Virus record (IMG/VR): IMGVR_UViG_3300022555_000032 | Location: 1 to 64,000 of that record | From: a virus | Lineage: Duplodnaviria > Caudoviricetes | Length of the DNA: 64,000 nt | Direction: 5' to 3' (one strand) | Shown here: piece by piece, positions 21,558-31,419 of the stretch | Layout of the letters: every line of letters starts with the position of its first letter | How positions within the stretch are numbered: the stretch's first letter is position 1 | Made by a program: the position numbers and the translations under genes | Notes under the pieces: model-generated | Told to the model about the DNA's origin: nothing | The model's database searches: none | Seen by the model: the letters and a program-made list of their open reading frames with translations, nothing else

Positions 21558-22093
21558 TATAGTATAATTATTTCAGATTCTAAGTTACGATCGATATAAG
21601 CAAAGACTTCATCTTTAGATACCCATCTTGATAGTATCATTTCTTTATTAAAAAGATCTTTATACTGTTCAGCATAGGTTCTTGATGTTGTCCAACTGAT
21701 ACCATCATCATCATTTGAGTTGCATGCTCTAAAGACTATAAAGACATCTTGAAGTTCTCTTAACTTCTTAGTTTCTTCAGGAGTACTAAAGTAGTATCTA
21801 TTTGGCCTTTTAGAGCGCATTAGAGAACGGAATAGATCAACATTGACCAATCCACCAGTTATGATCCATACTATCCTTAAAAGCTCCCAATAGCGTTCAT
21901 CAGAAAGATTCTTCTTTTCTTTGATGAATATGGATAGTAATTTCTCTTCATCATGTTCATTATCCCATGCCTGAATGATCTTTTTAGCAATCTTACTATC
22001 TCTTTCAAGCACTTTACGAGCCAGCTTAGGATAATGTCTTGTCATCACTACTGTCTCATTAGTTGCTAATGGTTTAAGATTTAAACTTTCCAT
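21557..22093 (-). CDS. Putative R-S-E type ADP-ribosyltransferase-like protein
   Basis: VFRAC (R) ... GISWTTSRTYAEQY (S) ... RNLESEIII (ExE) in the ART order. Confidence 0.5.
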   Translation of the reverse strand: MESLNLKPLATNETVVMTRHYPKLARKVLERDSKIAKKIIQAWDNEHDEEKLLSIFIKEKKNLSDERYWELLRIVWIITGGLVNVDLFRSLMRSKRPNRYYFSTPEETKKLRELQDVFIVFRACNSNDDDGISWTTSRTYAEQYKDLFNKEMILSRWVSKDEVFAYIDRNLESEIIIL

Positions 22094-22311
22094 AATGAAA
22101 TTGGTCTTATTGGATCAGAATAATTAAAGTCTCCTGTTACATGAGTTCCATCTGGAAATTGTTGAAGAATAATTGTCATCATATAATTATCCATTCTTGT
22201 AGGTATTTTTTTACCATCAGGATTTTCTAACCATATTTCAATAATATTTTGAGGATGATCAATATCACCGATTGAAGAAAATTTAATTCTAATTATATAA
22301 TATTCATACAT
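22081..22311 (-). CDS. Hypothetical protein (AT-rich)
   Basis: 76 aa ORF in operon. Confidence 0.5.
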   Translation of the reverse strand: MYEYYIIRIKFSSIGDIDHPQNIIEIWLENPDGKKIPTRMDNYMMTIILQQFPDGTHVTGDFNYSDPIRPISLWKV

Positions 22312-22314
22312 AAC

Positions 22315-22860
22315 TTAAGATTTAAAGAAGTCTTCATAGTCTTTATCTGGTAACTTACCAAGTTTAATAAAGTGATTAAGTAGATGTCTTCTCATTAGTT
22401 CTTCGTACCTGGATATGTGTCCGGAAGTGGTAGCATGATGATGATTGGCACACTTGATACGATTATTGATAGATTCCAATGCAAGATGTTCAAATGCCCG
22501 TCTACCCTTTTCTAAGGGATGATGGAAGTTGTAAGTGTGTTTAGTTTCTCCAAGATATGCAAATTGAGCCCAGATTATTGGAAGAGTTTTATACCATGAT
22601 TGACTATTCTCTCCTAAAAGTATCTCTATTGCTTTATCTTCATCTTTTCCTTCTTCCACCCATACTTCAAAAAGACATTCTTCGCAGTAATGAGGTCTCT
22701 GTTGCCACATCTTAGTCCATAGAGCCTTCAATAGATCGCTTTCCAGCTTGTTTTTATCTTGAGTTGATAGTACTCCTTCCTTTTGAGGTTTAGTTCTTCT
22801 AATACCACCGTATTGTTTTTTAGGAGTCTTCTCGGGTTTATAATCTGGTAGTCCGCTCAT
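22315..22860 (-). CDS. HNH-like nuclease/Zn-binding protein
   Basis: PHYCEEC ... FHHPLEK ... NNRIKCANHH. Confidence 0.55.
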   Translation of the reverse strand: MSGLPDYKPEKTPKKQYGGIRRTKPQKEGVLSTQDKNKLESDLLKALWTKMWQQRPHYCEECLFEVWVEEGKDEDKAIEILLGENSQSWYKTLPIIWAQFAYLGETKHTYNFHHPLEKGRRAFEHLALESINNRIKCANHHHATTSGHISRYEELMRRHLLNHFIKLGKLPDKDYEDFFKS

Positions 22861-23120
22861 AATGATTTATAGTTACGATCAATTAAGTTGTACCAGGTAA
22901 GTATTCCTACTAACCAATAGATGTTAAAGTCATCTGAGGACATGGAGGCTGGTTCTTCGTCAAGATCAGCATTAAGAAAGTAGATATCAAAGTTCTCATA
23001 CTTCATATTAATAACTACTTCACATTTATCATTGATGAATCTATTTTCTGTTACATCATGTAGTCCATTCAACCTTAAGAATCTTCTTACTGAGTCTAAA
23101 GGATCATTTCTTTGTTCCAT
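22857..23120 (-). CDS. Hypothetical protein
   Basis: 87 aa, ATGA overlap. Confidence 0.55.
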   Translation of the reverse strand: MEQRNDPLDSVRRFLRLNGLHDVTENRFINDKCEVVINMKYENFDIYFLNADLDEEPASMSSDDFNIYWLVGILTWYNLIDRNYKSL

Positions 23121-23403
23121 ATTCAGTTATGTAATATTTAATAGTATCCCAGGTTATTCCAATGCCAGCATCATGGTTATGGATCATGTTCTCCAAGGCT
23201 TCTTGCGCTTGTTTCTTATTGATCTTCCAACCTTTTAGTTTATATTCGGTAAAGTCTTCTACTGACCATTCAATAGACTCTTTTTGATATTGATTAAATC
23301 GTTCTTCAATTAAGTCAAAGAGTTGATCTGTTGCTTTAGAAGCAAGCACTCCATTTCTGGAATACTTACTAACTATCTTTAGGATCTCAGTCTTTTGTAT
23401 CAT
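23104..23403 (-). CDS. Hypothetical protein
   Basis: 99 aa in operon. Confidence 0.55.
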   Translation of the reverse strand: MIQKTEILKIVSKYSRNGVLASKATDQLFDLIEERFNQYQKESIEWSVEDFTEYKLKGWKINKKQAQEALENMIHNHDAGIGITWDTIKYYITEYGTKK

Positions 23404-23899
23404 CGTCTTCTGGATTTTCTGTTACTGGTTCCTTTGGAAATTCTAATTCAGTCTGATCTTTAGGCGCTCTCTTACCTTTGATGTATTCTTCAATGCCTTC
23501 TAGGATCGATTCTAAGAGTTCTACGCATGCTTCAGGAAGAAGTGGTGCATCACTATCATCATCAATGTGTTCTGCTGGCAGATAAGGCGTATTGATCAAT
23601 AACGGACTATTGGTAGAGTCAAGATCGACAAGAACCGTTATAACAGCGCCAAGGATATTATTCTTATAGGAAAACGATATGCTTCTTACTTCTGCATCTT
23701 TACAGTAGTCTTTTGGCATAGAACAAATCGTTTCCACATGAGGACGAAGTTGATCTAACAGCATAACCAATTCACTAACTGGTCTGTCTTTTGCTTCAAA
23801 GGATACATGAGCTTTATCAGTAGGTACTATTGGTATACCTTCATACTCAATCTCTACTGTACTCTTTTTACGATTGTAATTGAATCTTTTTATTTTCAT
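23387..23899 (-). CDS. Phage hypothetical protein
   Basis: 170 aa; ends YIKGKRA..Q.ELEF plus acidic tail. Confidence 0.65.
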   Translation of the reverse strand: MKIKRFNYNRKKSTVEIEYEGIPIVPTDKAHVSFEAKDRPVSELVMLLDQLRPHVETICSMPKDYCKDAEVRSISFSYKNNILGAVITVLVDLDSTNSPLLINTPYLPAEHIDDDSDAPLLPEACVELLESILEGIEEYIKGKRAPKDQTELEFPKEPVTENPEDDDTKD

Positions 23900-23900
23900 A

Positions 23901-24137
23901 TTATTTAAACCAATTAGGATTAGGTAAAAACATTGTATCTGGTAATATTGATTTGACTAGATTAGGATTGTCTATTACTGTTTCTGCTCTTCTTAATGCT
24001 TTATGATATGAAGGATAACAGATAACGCTTCTTATATCTGGAAGAACATAACCATGATAGACTGATCCATCGGTACAAGGACATGAAATGATAACAATAG
24101 CGATATCTTTATAGATCTCTATCCTTTCAGAGTTCAT
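23901..24137 (-). CDS. Hypothetical protein
   Basis: 78 aa in operon. Confidence 0.5.
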   Translation of the reverse strand: MNSERIEIYKDIAIVIISCPCTDGSVYHGYVLPDIRSVICYPSYHKALRRAETVIDNPNLVKSILPDTMFLPNPNWFK

Positions 24138-24138
24138 A

Positions 24139-24417
24139 TTATCCTAATTGAATTGCTTCTTTAAGGTCAGCAATAACCTTTTTATATTCATCAATCCATT
24201 CCTTGATAGAAACCTGATTTACTTTGTCATTCATAATATCAAAACTGATCCGTTCTAATGCTCTTGCTAGATCGCAACCAAATGCTATTGATGTTTCTTT
24301 CTCTTTGCCAATGTTCTTAGAACCTTCTTTAGTGGTTATAGATACCCTATAAAGATCGAATCTGTCATTACTTGCTGGTGTCTGACGAAGAATGTAATTA
24401 CCATATTTTATATCCAT
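24139..24417 (-). CDS. Hypothetical protein
   Basis: 92 aa, A-rich Bacteroidota-type leader. Confidence 0.6.
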   Translation of the reverse strand: MDIKYGNYILRQTPASNDRFDLYRVSITTKEGSKNIGKEKETSIAFGCDLARALERISFDIMNDKVNQVSIKEWIDEYKKVIADLKEAIQLG

Positions 24418-24430
24418 TGTTTTGAGTTTT

Positions 24431-24507
24431 AAAAAGGATAACGAGAATCAGGCATGCTTTAGGAGTATAAAGACATTCATTTTAAGCATCCTGATCCCCG
24501 GTCCTTT
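24431..24507 (-). ncRNA. Long imperfect intergenic hairpin (processing site/attenuator candidate)
   Basis: ~23-bp stem AAAGGA-CGGGGATCAGG-ATGCTT paired with AAGCAT-CCTGATTCTCG-TCCTTT; G-U pairs only work on minus strand. Confidence 0.55.
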
Positions 24508-24513
24508 GTTGGT

Positions 24514-25410
24514 TTAATTAACTATTTCTGCATAAGTCTCTCCTCCTAATTCAAAATGATTAATTAGGAATTGACTTGTAGCAATGTTATTATCAATAAT
24601 AAGTGGAAGATCAGTCATTCCAGCTTTATGATTTTCTGTAATATGATTATAGAATCTCCATAAAGAGATAGGTCGTTCATCTTCTTTGATACCAAGGTAT
24701 TTTTCGGCCACCTGGTTGATTTGAGATGCGCTAAGTGGATAAGCACGTTCAGTACGATACTTATCACGTCCTATACGAAGCATAGTCATGAATCCAAGTA
24801 CTTCAGCAACTTTCTCATGTGCCATGGTAATTTGTTTCATCTGGTTCATTACCGCTACATCATAGTTTCTCTTTTGTCCATGCTCTTCGGCCCAAGTAGC
24901 GATAACTTCTAACATCTTTTGAAAAGAAGGCATTACTTCTGATAAACCATTGGTATAGGTCGACATACTATTACCAGCACCTAAGATTGAAAGGTTAGAA
25001 CATACTCTTACATTCTGACCATAAGCAATCTGAATACCTTTTTGATGAAAATTAACCGCAATCATTCCATGAGATTCATCATCCTGAAAATCAGTTAAGG
25101 AAATACCACCTATTACTCTTCTTAAAATAGTAGCTGGTAAACTCTTATTACCATACTTTTCTTCTAAGATAGGAATGCGTGCTACTCCTGGCAATGCTCT
25201 GTCACCACCATCAGAGATATACAAAGGCATAGGTGTATTGGCTACGTTCTTCTTATCCAATACTTCTTGTATTGCTTCATAAATCTGAAAGTGTTCAATA
25301 CCATGTAATGGCCTTCCCGAAGACTGAGCTTCACTACATGATAATTTTAACTCAGGTAATGAGATAGTCTGAGTTTTATCTTTTTCGAAATCTAATGTTC
25401 TGATATCCAT
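24514..25410 (-). CDS. DUF932-like protein (Bacteroidota mobile-element type)
   Basis: Recalled family motifs LDFEK.K.Q.I.L, GRPL.GI.H, ILRRV, FHQKGIQ..YG..V.VC.N, YPL...QI, W..YN..TE..K. Confidence 0.55.
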   Translation of the reverse strand: MDIRTLDFEKDKTQTISLPELKLSCSEAQSSGRPLHGIEHFQIYEAIQEVLDKKNVANTPMPLYISDGGDRALPGVARIPILEEKYGNKSLPATILRRVIGGISLTDFQDDESHGMIAVNFHQKGIQIAYGQNVRVCSNLSILGAGNSMSTYTNGLSEVMPSFQKMLEVIATWAEEHGQKRNYDVAVMNQMKQITMAHEKVAEVLGFMTMLRIGRDKYRTERAYPLSASQINQVAEKYLGIKEDERPISLWRFYNHITENHKAGMTDLPLIIDNNIATSQFLINHFELGGETYAEIVN

Positions 25411-25411
25411 T

Positions 25412-26446
25412 TTAAATAGTTTTTATTGTGTTACGATCTTTACAGTCATAAATTGGACAAGTGATGCAATTCTCTGGCATAGGAGTTGTCTTCCATCCAT
25501 TCTTATGATGATGTTCAATCTCACTAACCACCGTTCTTATTGTTTGAAACATCTCTCTTTTTCTTACAGAGGCTATGTTTGCAGATTTAGGATCAGGATC
25601 ATTGATATCGGTGTTTACCGGAACTAGTTTCCATCCTCTATCATTCCTTTTATAATCTATCACTAAATAGAAGAAAGGAAGCGATAGGGCGAAGGAATAG
25701 AGATAAGCCTGTATGTTATCCATCTTTTCAGGTTCACCCCAACAGAACTCACCAAAACAGCCATTACGATCAATTGTAAGCTTAAGATCAATAACAGCTA
25801 GGTCATGTTGAAATGATTTATAATGGATTTGGCTTATAAGGTCGGTCTCCAGCTCAATAAAGATATCAAATGGAAAGTCTTCCCTGGTAGTAGGATCAGC
25901 ATTAAGAGTAGTAAACTGTCTCCATATTACTTGTGGATCGATAATAAGATCTAACTGAGGAACAATATTGTTCTTAAAGTTAAATACCTGTTCGTCAATC
26001 CTTAAATGATCTGCAGACTTCTTATTACCTCTTAACAATGGAAGAGTTAACACATCACCATTCTTATCTATACCGCCATTTAATGCATGCGCTTCAAAAT
26101 AGTTGCCTTTCTGCATGCTCATAGTCGGTTTAGAGCGTATCTCGCAAGTGATGTATGTCTTATACAGCTTTAAAGCACAGAAGTCTCTTCGGTCTCCTTT
26201 AAAGGTCATAGCCTTGATCATACTCTGATGAATGAACACTTCTTTAATAGTTCTATTAGATTTTAAGACTAGCCTTGAATCAAAGTACTTTCTTTTTTCT
26301 TCTGTTATATTTAAGGAAGAATCTGCAGATACGGATGGATGATCAATAACATCTTCATGAAGAATCTTTTTGTCCTCCACAGGAGTATAAGTACTCCCAT
26401 GGATAGACATAAGATTATTGTAATATTGATCTAGGTCAACGAACAT
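25412..26446 (-). CDS. Cas4-like PD-(D/E)xK nuclease with 1+3 Cys pattern
   Basis: DFCALKLY near N-terminus; ETDL...VIDLKLT; QAYLY; C-terminal CITCPIYDC. Confidence 0.65.
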   Translation of the reverse strand: MFVDLDQYYNNLMSIHGSTYTPVEDKKILHEDVIDHPSVSADSSLNITEEKRKYFDSRLVLKSNRTIKEVFIHQSMIKAMTFKGDRRDFCALKLYKTYITCEIRSKPTMSMQKGNYFEAHALNGGIDKNGDVLTLPLLRGNKKSADHLRIDEQVFNFKNNIVPQLDLIIDPQVIWRQFTTLNADPTTREDFPFDIFIELETDLISQIHYKSFQHDLAVIDLKLTIDRNGCFGEFCWGEPEKMDNIQAYLYSFALSLPFFYLVIDYKRNDRGWKLVPVNTDINDPDPKSANIASVRKREMFQTIRTVVSEIEHHHKNGWKTTPMPENCITCPIYDCKDRNTIKTI

Positions 26447-26447
26447 T

Positions 26448-27194
26448 TTAAGATGGTTTTTGGTTTACATAGACTAAGAAGATCTCTGCCTGTTCAATCA
26501 GCTTGGTTATAAGTCTCTTCTTTACAACCAATCTTCCGGTAGTAGGATCCGTTTCCTCGTCATTACCTTTCAAATGAGTATAGCTTGGTAAATCCATACA
26601 GGAGATAGCATTATCCAGGCAAGAGAATCTTATCTCTACTGAATCCCTGTTCAGGTCTGTACCATCTTTGGTAACATAAGCCTGAATAGAGTTAGCCATG
26701 ATCTGTAAAGCTTTATCATTAACAGCCATAAGATGAAAAGGATCTCTCTCGTCTGCAGGCATAGCACTAAACTCTTCCGTCCACTCATTAAGTTTCCAAA
26801 GCATTCTTAAGACTCTTCTTAAGGATTCTGAATAAAACTTAGGTCCGGTAACAGAAGGATCGTTCCAGGTACTCTTAGATGATCCAGATGGGCCTGCAGG
26901 AGTTAATGGATTACCATTAGCATCAATCAGTTCAACCTTTGTTAAAACGATCCTGGTACGATCATCCTTAGTCTTTTCTTCTGACTGAGCCTTGATACGA
27001 TCACCTGGCTTGAGTGGCTGAGGACCATTCTCTTCAAGTTTACGGACATACCTTAAGACATCATCTTCTTCAAATAGGACCTTCCATCGGTAGAACTTCT
27101 TACCCATTTCATAGTCATAGTAATGCTTATCGTCTTTAGCATCCTTTGTAATACTCTTCACTATACCAGTGAAGTTTTCTTTTTCTTTTGCCAT
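26448..27194 (-). CDS. Possible ssDNA-binding/recombination protein (OB-fold-like N-terminus)
   Basis: Beta-rich N-terminus, G/P/S linker, position between nuclease and SMC-like ATPase. Confidence 0.35.
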   Translation of the reverse strand: MAKEKENFTGIVKSITKDAKDDKHYYDYEMGKKFYRWKVLFEEDDVLRYVRKLEENGPQPLKPGDRIKAQSEEKTKDDRTRIVLTKVELIDANGNPLTPAGPSGSSKSTWNDPSVTGPKFYSESLRRVLRMLWKLNEWTEEFSAMPADERDPFHLMAVNDKALQIMANSIQAYVTKDGTDLNRDSVEIRFSCLDNAISCMDLPSYTHLKGNDEETDPTTGRLVVKKRLITKLIEQAEIFLVYVNQKPS

Positions 27195-27421
27195 TAGTGT
27201 GATTCTTGAATTTGTGGTTCGAAATATGATAATTCTTTTATGTTGTTATCATGGGCATGACGAGACTCTGATACTTTATCAGTCCAAAACATAGCAAGTT
27301 TTTTTTCTATTTGATCAAGTATGATTTTTTGATCTTTACCTAAGAAATTATTAATCAGTTCATTATAGAATAAATTACAGAGTTCTTCTTTCTTTTTGTT
27401 TAATTCATCAACTTCATTCAT
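27194..27421 (-). CDS. Hypothetical protein
   Basis: 75 aa coupled ORF. Confidence 0.5.
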   Translation of the reverse strand: MNEVDELNKKKEELCNLFYNELINNFLGKDQKIILDQIEKKLAMFWTDKVSESRHAHDNNIKELSYFEPQIQESH

Positions 27422-27425
27422 GGTT

Positions 27426-28778
27426 TTATTCTCCTACAATTATTTTACAATCAACATTTTCATCATCAGTTACAAGTTGTCCAAAGACCATACGATTACT
27501 TTTCTTAGAGATTTCCATGATCTTCTTACGGCTTTCCTTATCGTATAAGGACCAGTCTCCAATATTGACAAAATCACTTGTTGTAATGGAGCATAAGAGG
27601 TCCATGATAGCTAATCTTGCTTCCGTCTCAGAAACAGAACTTTCATCCAGCGCAAACCCGTTAAGAGTAATATTCTCTTCATCAAAGGATAGGCCAGCTG
27701 GTAACGAAGAGTTTTTAATAATCTCCATCTTTTCCTGTTTAGCCTTTTCAATTTGACTATTAAGATCTTCAAGAGATTTATTAACCTGTTCAAGTTCCTG
27801 TAAAGCCAGATTTCGTTGATCAAGCCTTCCTTGATATATTCTTGCACTAGAGATCTTTTTGTCTCCTGTCTCGATACGGGTAGCCAGGACATTAGGATCA
27901 TCTTCCAAAAGCTTTTCAAAACCTTTGATATCTTCATTGATAGCATTTTTAGTATTACCAAAGAACTCAAGCATCTGAGCAATATCTGGAAGATCAGCAT
28001 CGAATCCTACTGCATCTGAGAACTCAGATATCTTTCTTATGATTTCATCTGCAGCACCGATCCTTGCCTTTAATTCCTTAATAGAAGCTTCATATGTTGC
28101 TCTTTCGGTCTGTTTCTTCCTGAGATCAGCTAACTGTTTTTCCATGGTGGGAATAAGGGCAATCTCTTTCTTTTCCTCTTCGGTAACAACAGTATTCCTT
28201 AAGACAGAATTCTTTTCTTCAATAGTCTTATTGATAGTTGCTCTTCTGAAATAGAGATTACCTTCAGTCTCTTTATTCTTCTTATCGGAAACAGAACGGT
28301 CAAGATCAGCTATTTTAACCCTCTGATCGACCGTAAGACATGCATAAAGCACATCTTTAACGAACTTACGCCTTCCTTCAGCATATTTAAGCATCTCGTA
28401 GACTTCGGCAACGGTAAGCGCTGAATAGGATCCCAACAGTTCCCTGATTCGCTTTGGATCAGATATAATTTTGGTATTCCCAGATTTATCAAGATAGCTT
28501 GCTCTAAAAATACTTTGTGTTTCAGTAATATCCCACTCAACTGTGATAGGGTTTCCATCTCTATCAAGTCCTTTTCTAATGACCTTACCTGACTCTTTTC
28601 CTCTTTGAATGGGATCAGTGATAGTATTATCAACAAGCGCAATTGATTCAAGGCACTGGATGATAGTTGATTTTCCTGACCCGTTCTTTCCAATGAAGGC
28701 AAACATCTGACCTCCACTAAAGTCCATAAAGGTTTTTTCGTGAAGTTTAATATTGATTAATTCGATACTTCTTTCCAT
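27426..28778 (-). CDS. SMC/Rad50/RecN-like coiled-coil ATPase
   Basis: Walker A GKNGSGKST, long coiled coil, degenerate ABC signature SVSETEA and C-terminal Walker B region. Confidence 0.75.
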   Translation of the reverse strand: MERSIELINIKLHEKTFMDFSGGQMFAFIGKNGSGKSTIIQCLESIALVDNTITDPIQRGKESGKVIRKGLDRDGNPITVEWDITETQSIFRASYLDKSGNTKIISDPKRIRELLGSYSALTVAEVYEMLKYAEGRRKFVKDVLYACLTVDQRVKIADLDRSVSDKKNKETEGNLYFRRATINKTIEEKNSVLRNTVVTEEEKKEIALIPTMEKQLADLRKKQTERATYEASIKELKARIGAADEIIRKISEFSDAVGFDADLPDIAQMLEFFGNTKNAINEDIKGFEKLLEDDPNVLATRIETGDKKISSARIYQGRLDQRNLALQELEQVNKSLEDLNSQIEKAKQEKMEIIKNSSLPAGLSFDEENITLNGFALDESSVSETEARLAIMDLLCSITTSDFVNIGDWSLYDKESRKKIMEISKKSNRMVFGQLVTDDENVDCKIIVGE

Positions 28779-28799
28779 AAGTGGTTATTTATAGGATTA

Positions 28800-29081
28800 T
28801 TAAAATAATGGTTCGTCTTCATTAATTGGTGAGGCTGGAATGTCTGCATCTTTCACGATCTTGTTTCCTAATGCAACTCCAAGGTTTAATGTCTTGGCTG
28901 ATCCGGCCTGTGAACTAGAGATAAGAGTTTCTTTATTAATCCCTATTCCTGGCGGTGGTGGTATTGGTACTTCTTTCTTTACTCCCTTCTTTAAGTCCAT
29001 GTAACGCTGGACTAACTCAAGATTGTTTTGCGTTAAGACCTTTATAAGATCTTCTGATAATTGTTCAAATGAATCTGACAT
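28800..29081 (-). CDS. Hypothetical protein
   Basis: 93 aa. Confidence 0.5.
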   Translation of the reverse strand: MSDSFEQLSEDLIKVLTQNNLELVQRYMDLKKGVKKEVPIPPPPGIGINKETLISSSQAGSAKTLNLGVALGNKIVKDADIPASPINEDEPLF

Positions 29082-29093
29082 TGTTATTAATAT

Positions 29094-30653
29094 TTAAAAT
29101 GATGGTTCTTCGTCTGGTTCTGATAATGGTCCTTCATTGGGATCCGGTTCAATTATATCTGCTTGATCAAATGTTACTTTTTGACCTTTTGTTCCCTGTT
29201 GAGGATCATAATAGTCAATCTCTTTGAAGATATTATAGTCTAAAGAACATAGGAAATGAATGACTCCTTCCCCAACATCAATGTTATCATCTTCTCTTGA
29301 TGCGCCAACATCGACAATGAATATCTTTTTAAGATTCTCTTTCCTATCTCCTTTATAGTCCGATAGAAGGTCTTTACGTTTGCCAGGAGAGTTGATAAGC
29401 AATACTTGATTAGGAACCCTTCTGAACGCTTCAGTACCCTTTATATCGGTTAATCTGGGCCTATAACCATTGGCAATGTTCTCTTTATTCTGTTGAGCAT
29501 CGTTAAAGTGATGAACAACCAAGATCAAAGCATTGGTCTCTTGCCTAATATTGGAAATCTGACTCATTACATAATCATACATTCCATTAAGATCATGCTG
29601 ATATCTCTCCCGATCTCCTAACTGAAGAATATTATCAATGACTAGTATCTTGAACTTCTCTGGTCTCTTATCACAGAATAGCTTAAAATGAAGTCTGATC
29701 TTCTCAATAGTAAGACTCTTTTCAATGAAGTTGATATCAAATCCTTGCAATGTAGTTACATGCTTATTGATGATAGGAAGAACATCTGCAGAGAAAGTAT
29801 TCTTTTTGATATCCTTTCCTTTGATAAACACTTTTGAAGAAAGATAATGAGTCCAGATATCCAGAGCTGCATCCTCAAGAGTTACCCAGTCAACGGCAAT
29901 ATCCTTATAGTTTTCTAACAGATACATTATAAGCATAGTTAGGAACTTGGTCTTGCCATCTTTTGCAGCACCAGCGAGAAGAATAATCTTATTAGATCCT
30001 ATTACTACCTTCTCATTGAATTCTTTCCAAGGGGTCTGATAGAATAGCATTGGAACACCAGTAACTTGCTTCTTATTGATCATATTGAATACCTGCTGAT
30101 GAACAGTAGTATTATCTATCGCAAATCTTTCACGATCTCGTTCATCAATGGCATTAAAGGAGTGCTGAATAGATTCAATAAGGTCAAAGACATCTGTAGT
30201 ATCCTGGTAAGCATCTTTGATCGCTGTAGAGCCAATTCTGATGATCTCCCTGAGCATGAACTTCTGTTGAAGTATCTTGTATTGATACTCTATATGATCC
30301 GGCCTTGTAGCCTTCATTAGAAGCTGAGAGACATAATACCTCCCCCCTGCTTGCTCAAGAGTACCATTAAGCCTTAACTGTTCACACACGATAAGAAGAT
30401 CGATTGGTTTATTAGCTGTATAAAGATCAATAATAGCCTGTGCTATTAACTGATGTTCTGTTTTATAGAATACTTCCATCTTGAAGATCCTAAAAATAGC
30501 AAAGTTGCATTTACCATCAATTATTATACCTAAGACATTCTCTTCAATTGCAGTATCTTGTGGAGGTATTTTTCCGAACTCTACAAATATCTCATTAAAA
30601 TCATTTTTAGATTTCCGTTTAAAACGTACTGGCTTTTTCTCTTCATTCTCCAT
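29094..30653 (-). CDS. dnaB: DnaB-like replicative helicase (divergent)
   Basis: IPPQD...EENVLG and FYKTEHQLI N-terminal domain; GAAKDGKT Walker A; LVIDNIL Walker B. Confidence 0.8.
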   Translation of the reverse strand: MENEEKKPVRFKRKSKNDFNEIFVEFGKIPPQDTAIEENVLGIIIDGKCNFAIFRIFKMEVFYKTEHQLIAQAIIDLYTANKPIDLLIVCEQLRLNGTLEQAGGRYYVSQLLMKATRPDHIEYQYKILQQKFMLREIIRIGSTAIKDAYQDTTDVFDLIESIQHSFNAIDERDRERFAIDNTTVHQQVFNMINKKQVTGVPMLFYQTPWKEFNEKVVIGSNKIILLAGAAKDGKTKFLTMLIMYLLENYKDIAVDWVTLEDAALDIWTHYLSSKVFIKGKDIKKNTFSADVLPIINKHVTTLQGFDINFIEKSLTIEKIRLHFKLFCDKRPEKFKILVIDNILQLGDRERYQHDLNGMYDYVMSQISNIRQETNALILVVHHFNDAQQNKENIANGYRPRLTDIKGTEAFRRVPNQVLLINSPGKRKDLLSDYKGDRKENLKKIFIVDVGASREDDNIDVGEGVIHFLCSLDYNIFKEIDYYDPQQGTKGQKVTFDQADIIEPDPNEGPLSEPDEEPSF

Positions 30654-31071
30654 CAGATTTAAGTTTTAAGCTATTTACAAAAGCCTTGCGTTGTTTAGTA
30701 AGAAACTCAGTAGCTATATCTCCAAAAAGATAAAGATCTCTAGTAGGAGATTCGCTCTGAGCGTCAAAATCAATAGTATACATCTTAAGTCCAAGGAAAT
30801 TCAAGAAGTTCTTCCTTTTCATAGCATCCGCTTTTTGAATAAAGCCAGACTCAGCCTTCTTCCCATATCTTTTAGTCCATAAGGATATATGTGCTCTATA
30901 TCTACTTAAAACTAGTTCATAGGTAAGATCGGGTATATTCCCAGGATTCTTTGGATTAAGATGGTATTTTAGTTGTTCTAGGCACATGCTATAATTGAGG
31001 TCTTCATCAATAAATATAGCGGATACATCTGCCCTTAACTGATCTCTATCAGGTATAAACTTGGTGTCCAT
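30643..31071 (-). CDS. Hypothetical protein upstream of DnaB (possible initiator/loader)
   Basis: 142 aa overlapping DnaB start; function inferred from position only. Confidence 0.4.
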   Translation of the reverse strand: MDTKFIPDRDQLRADVSAIFIDEDLNYSMCLEQLKYHLNPKNPGNIPDLTYELVLSRYRAHISLWTKRYGKKAESGFIQKADAMKRKNFLNFLGLKMYTIDFDAQSESPTRDLYLFGDIATEFLTKQRKAFVNSLKLKSDGE

Positions 31072-31122
31072 AAATAGTGTTTGGAAGTGTAAATATAGTT
31101 ATATCCCTACATTTAAGAAGGA

Positions 31123-31419
31123 TTATTTTTCAACATTTTCACTTTCCTCAAAGACAAATATCTGATTAAGTAATCCATCGATCCTTCCCTGGAGCCAGGT
31201 AGTAATCTGAACAACCGTATCTAATTGATCTTTTAAGGCGTTAAGTTGCTTTATTTCATCTGAAGGTAGTATCATGCCACTATCTCTTTTTCTGCTTAAT
31301 GTAGCATATCCAGATTCGATCTCAGCACCAATGCCAAGGTAGTATTCAAGGATAGCTATTTCATCGGCTAAGGATAGTTTTGATAGGATCTCAAAGTTTG
31401 GTTTAAGGATTTTGCTCAT
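31123..31419 (-). CDS. Hypothetical protein
   Basis: 98 aa helical. Confidence 0.55.
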   Translation of the reverse strand: MSKILKPNFEILSKLSLADEIAILEYYLGIGAEIESGYATLSRKRDSGMILPSDEIKQLNALKDQLDTVVQITTWLQGRIDGLLNQIFVFEESENVEK

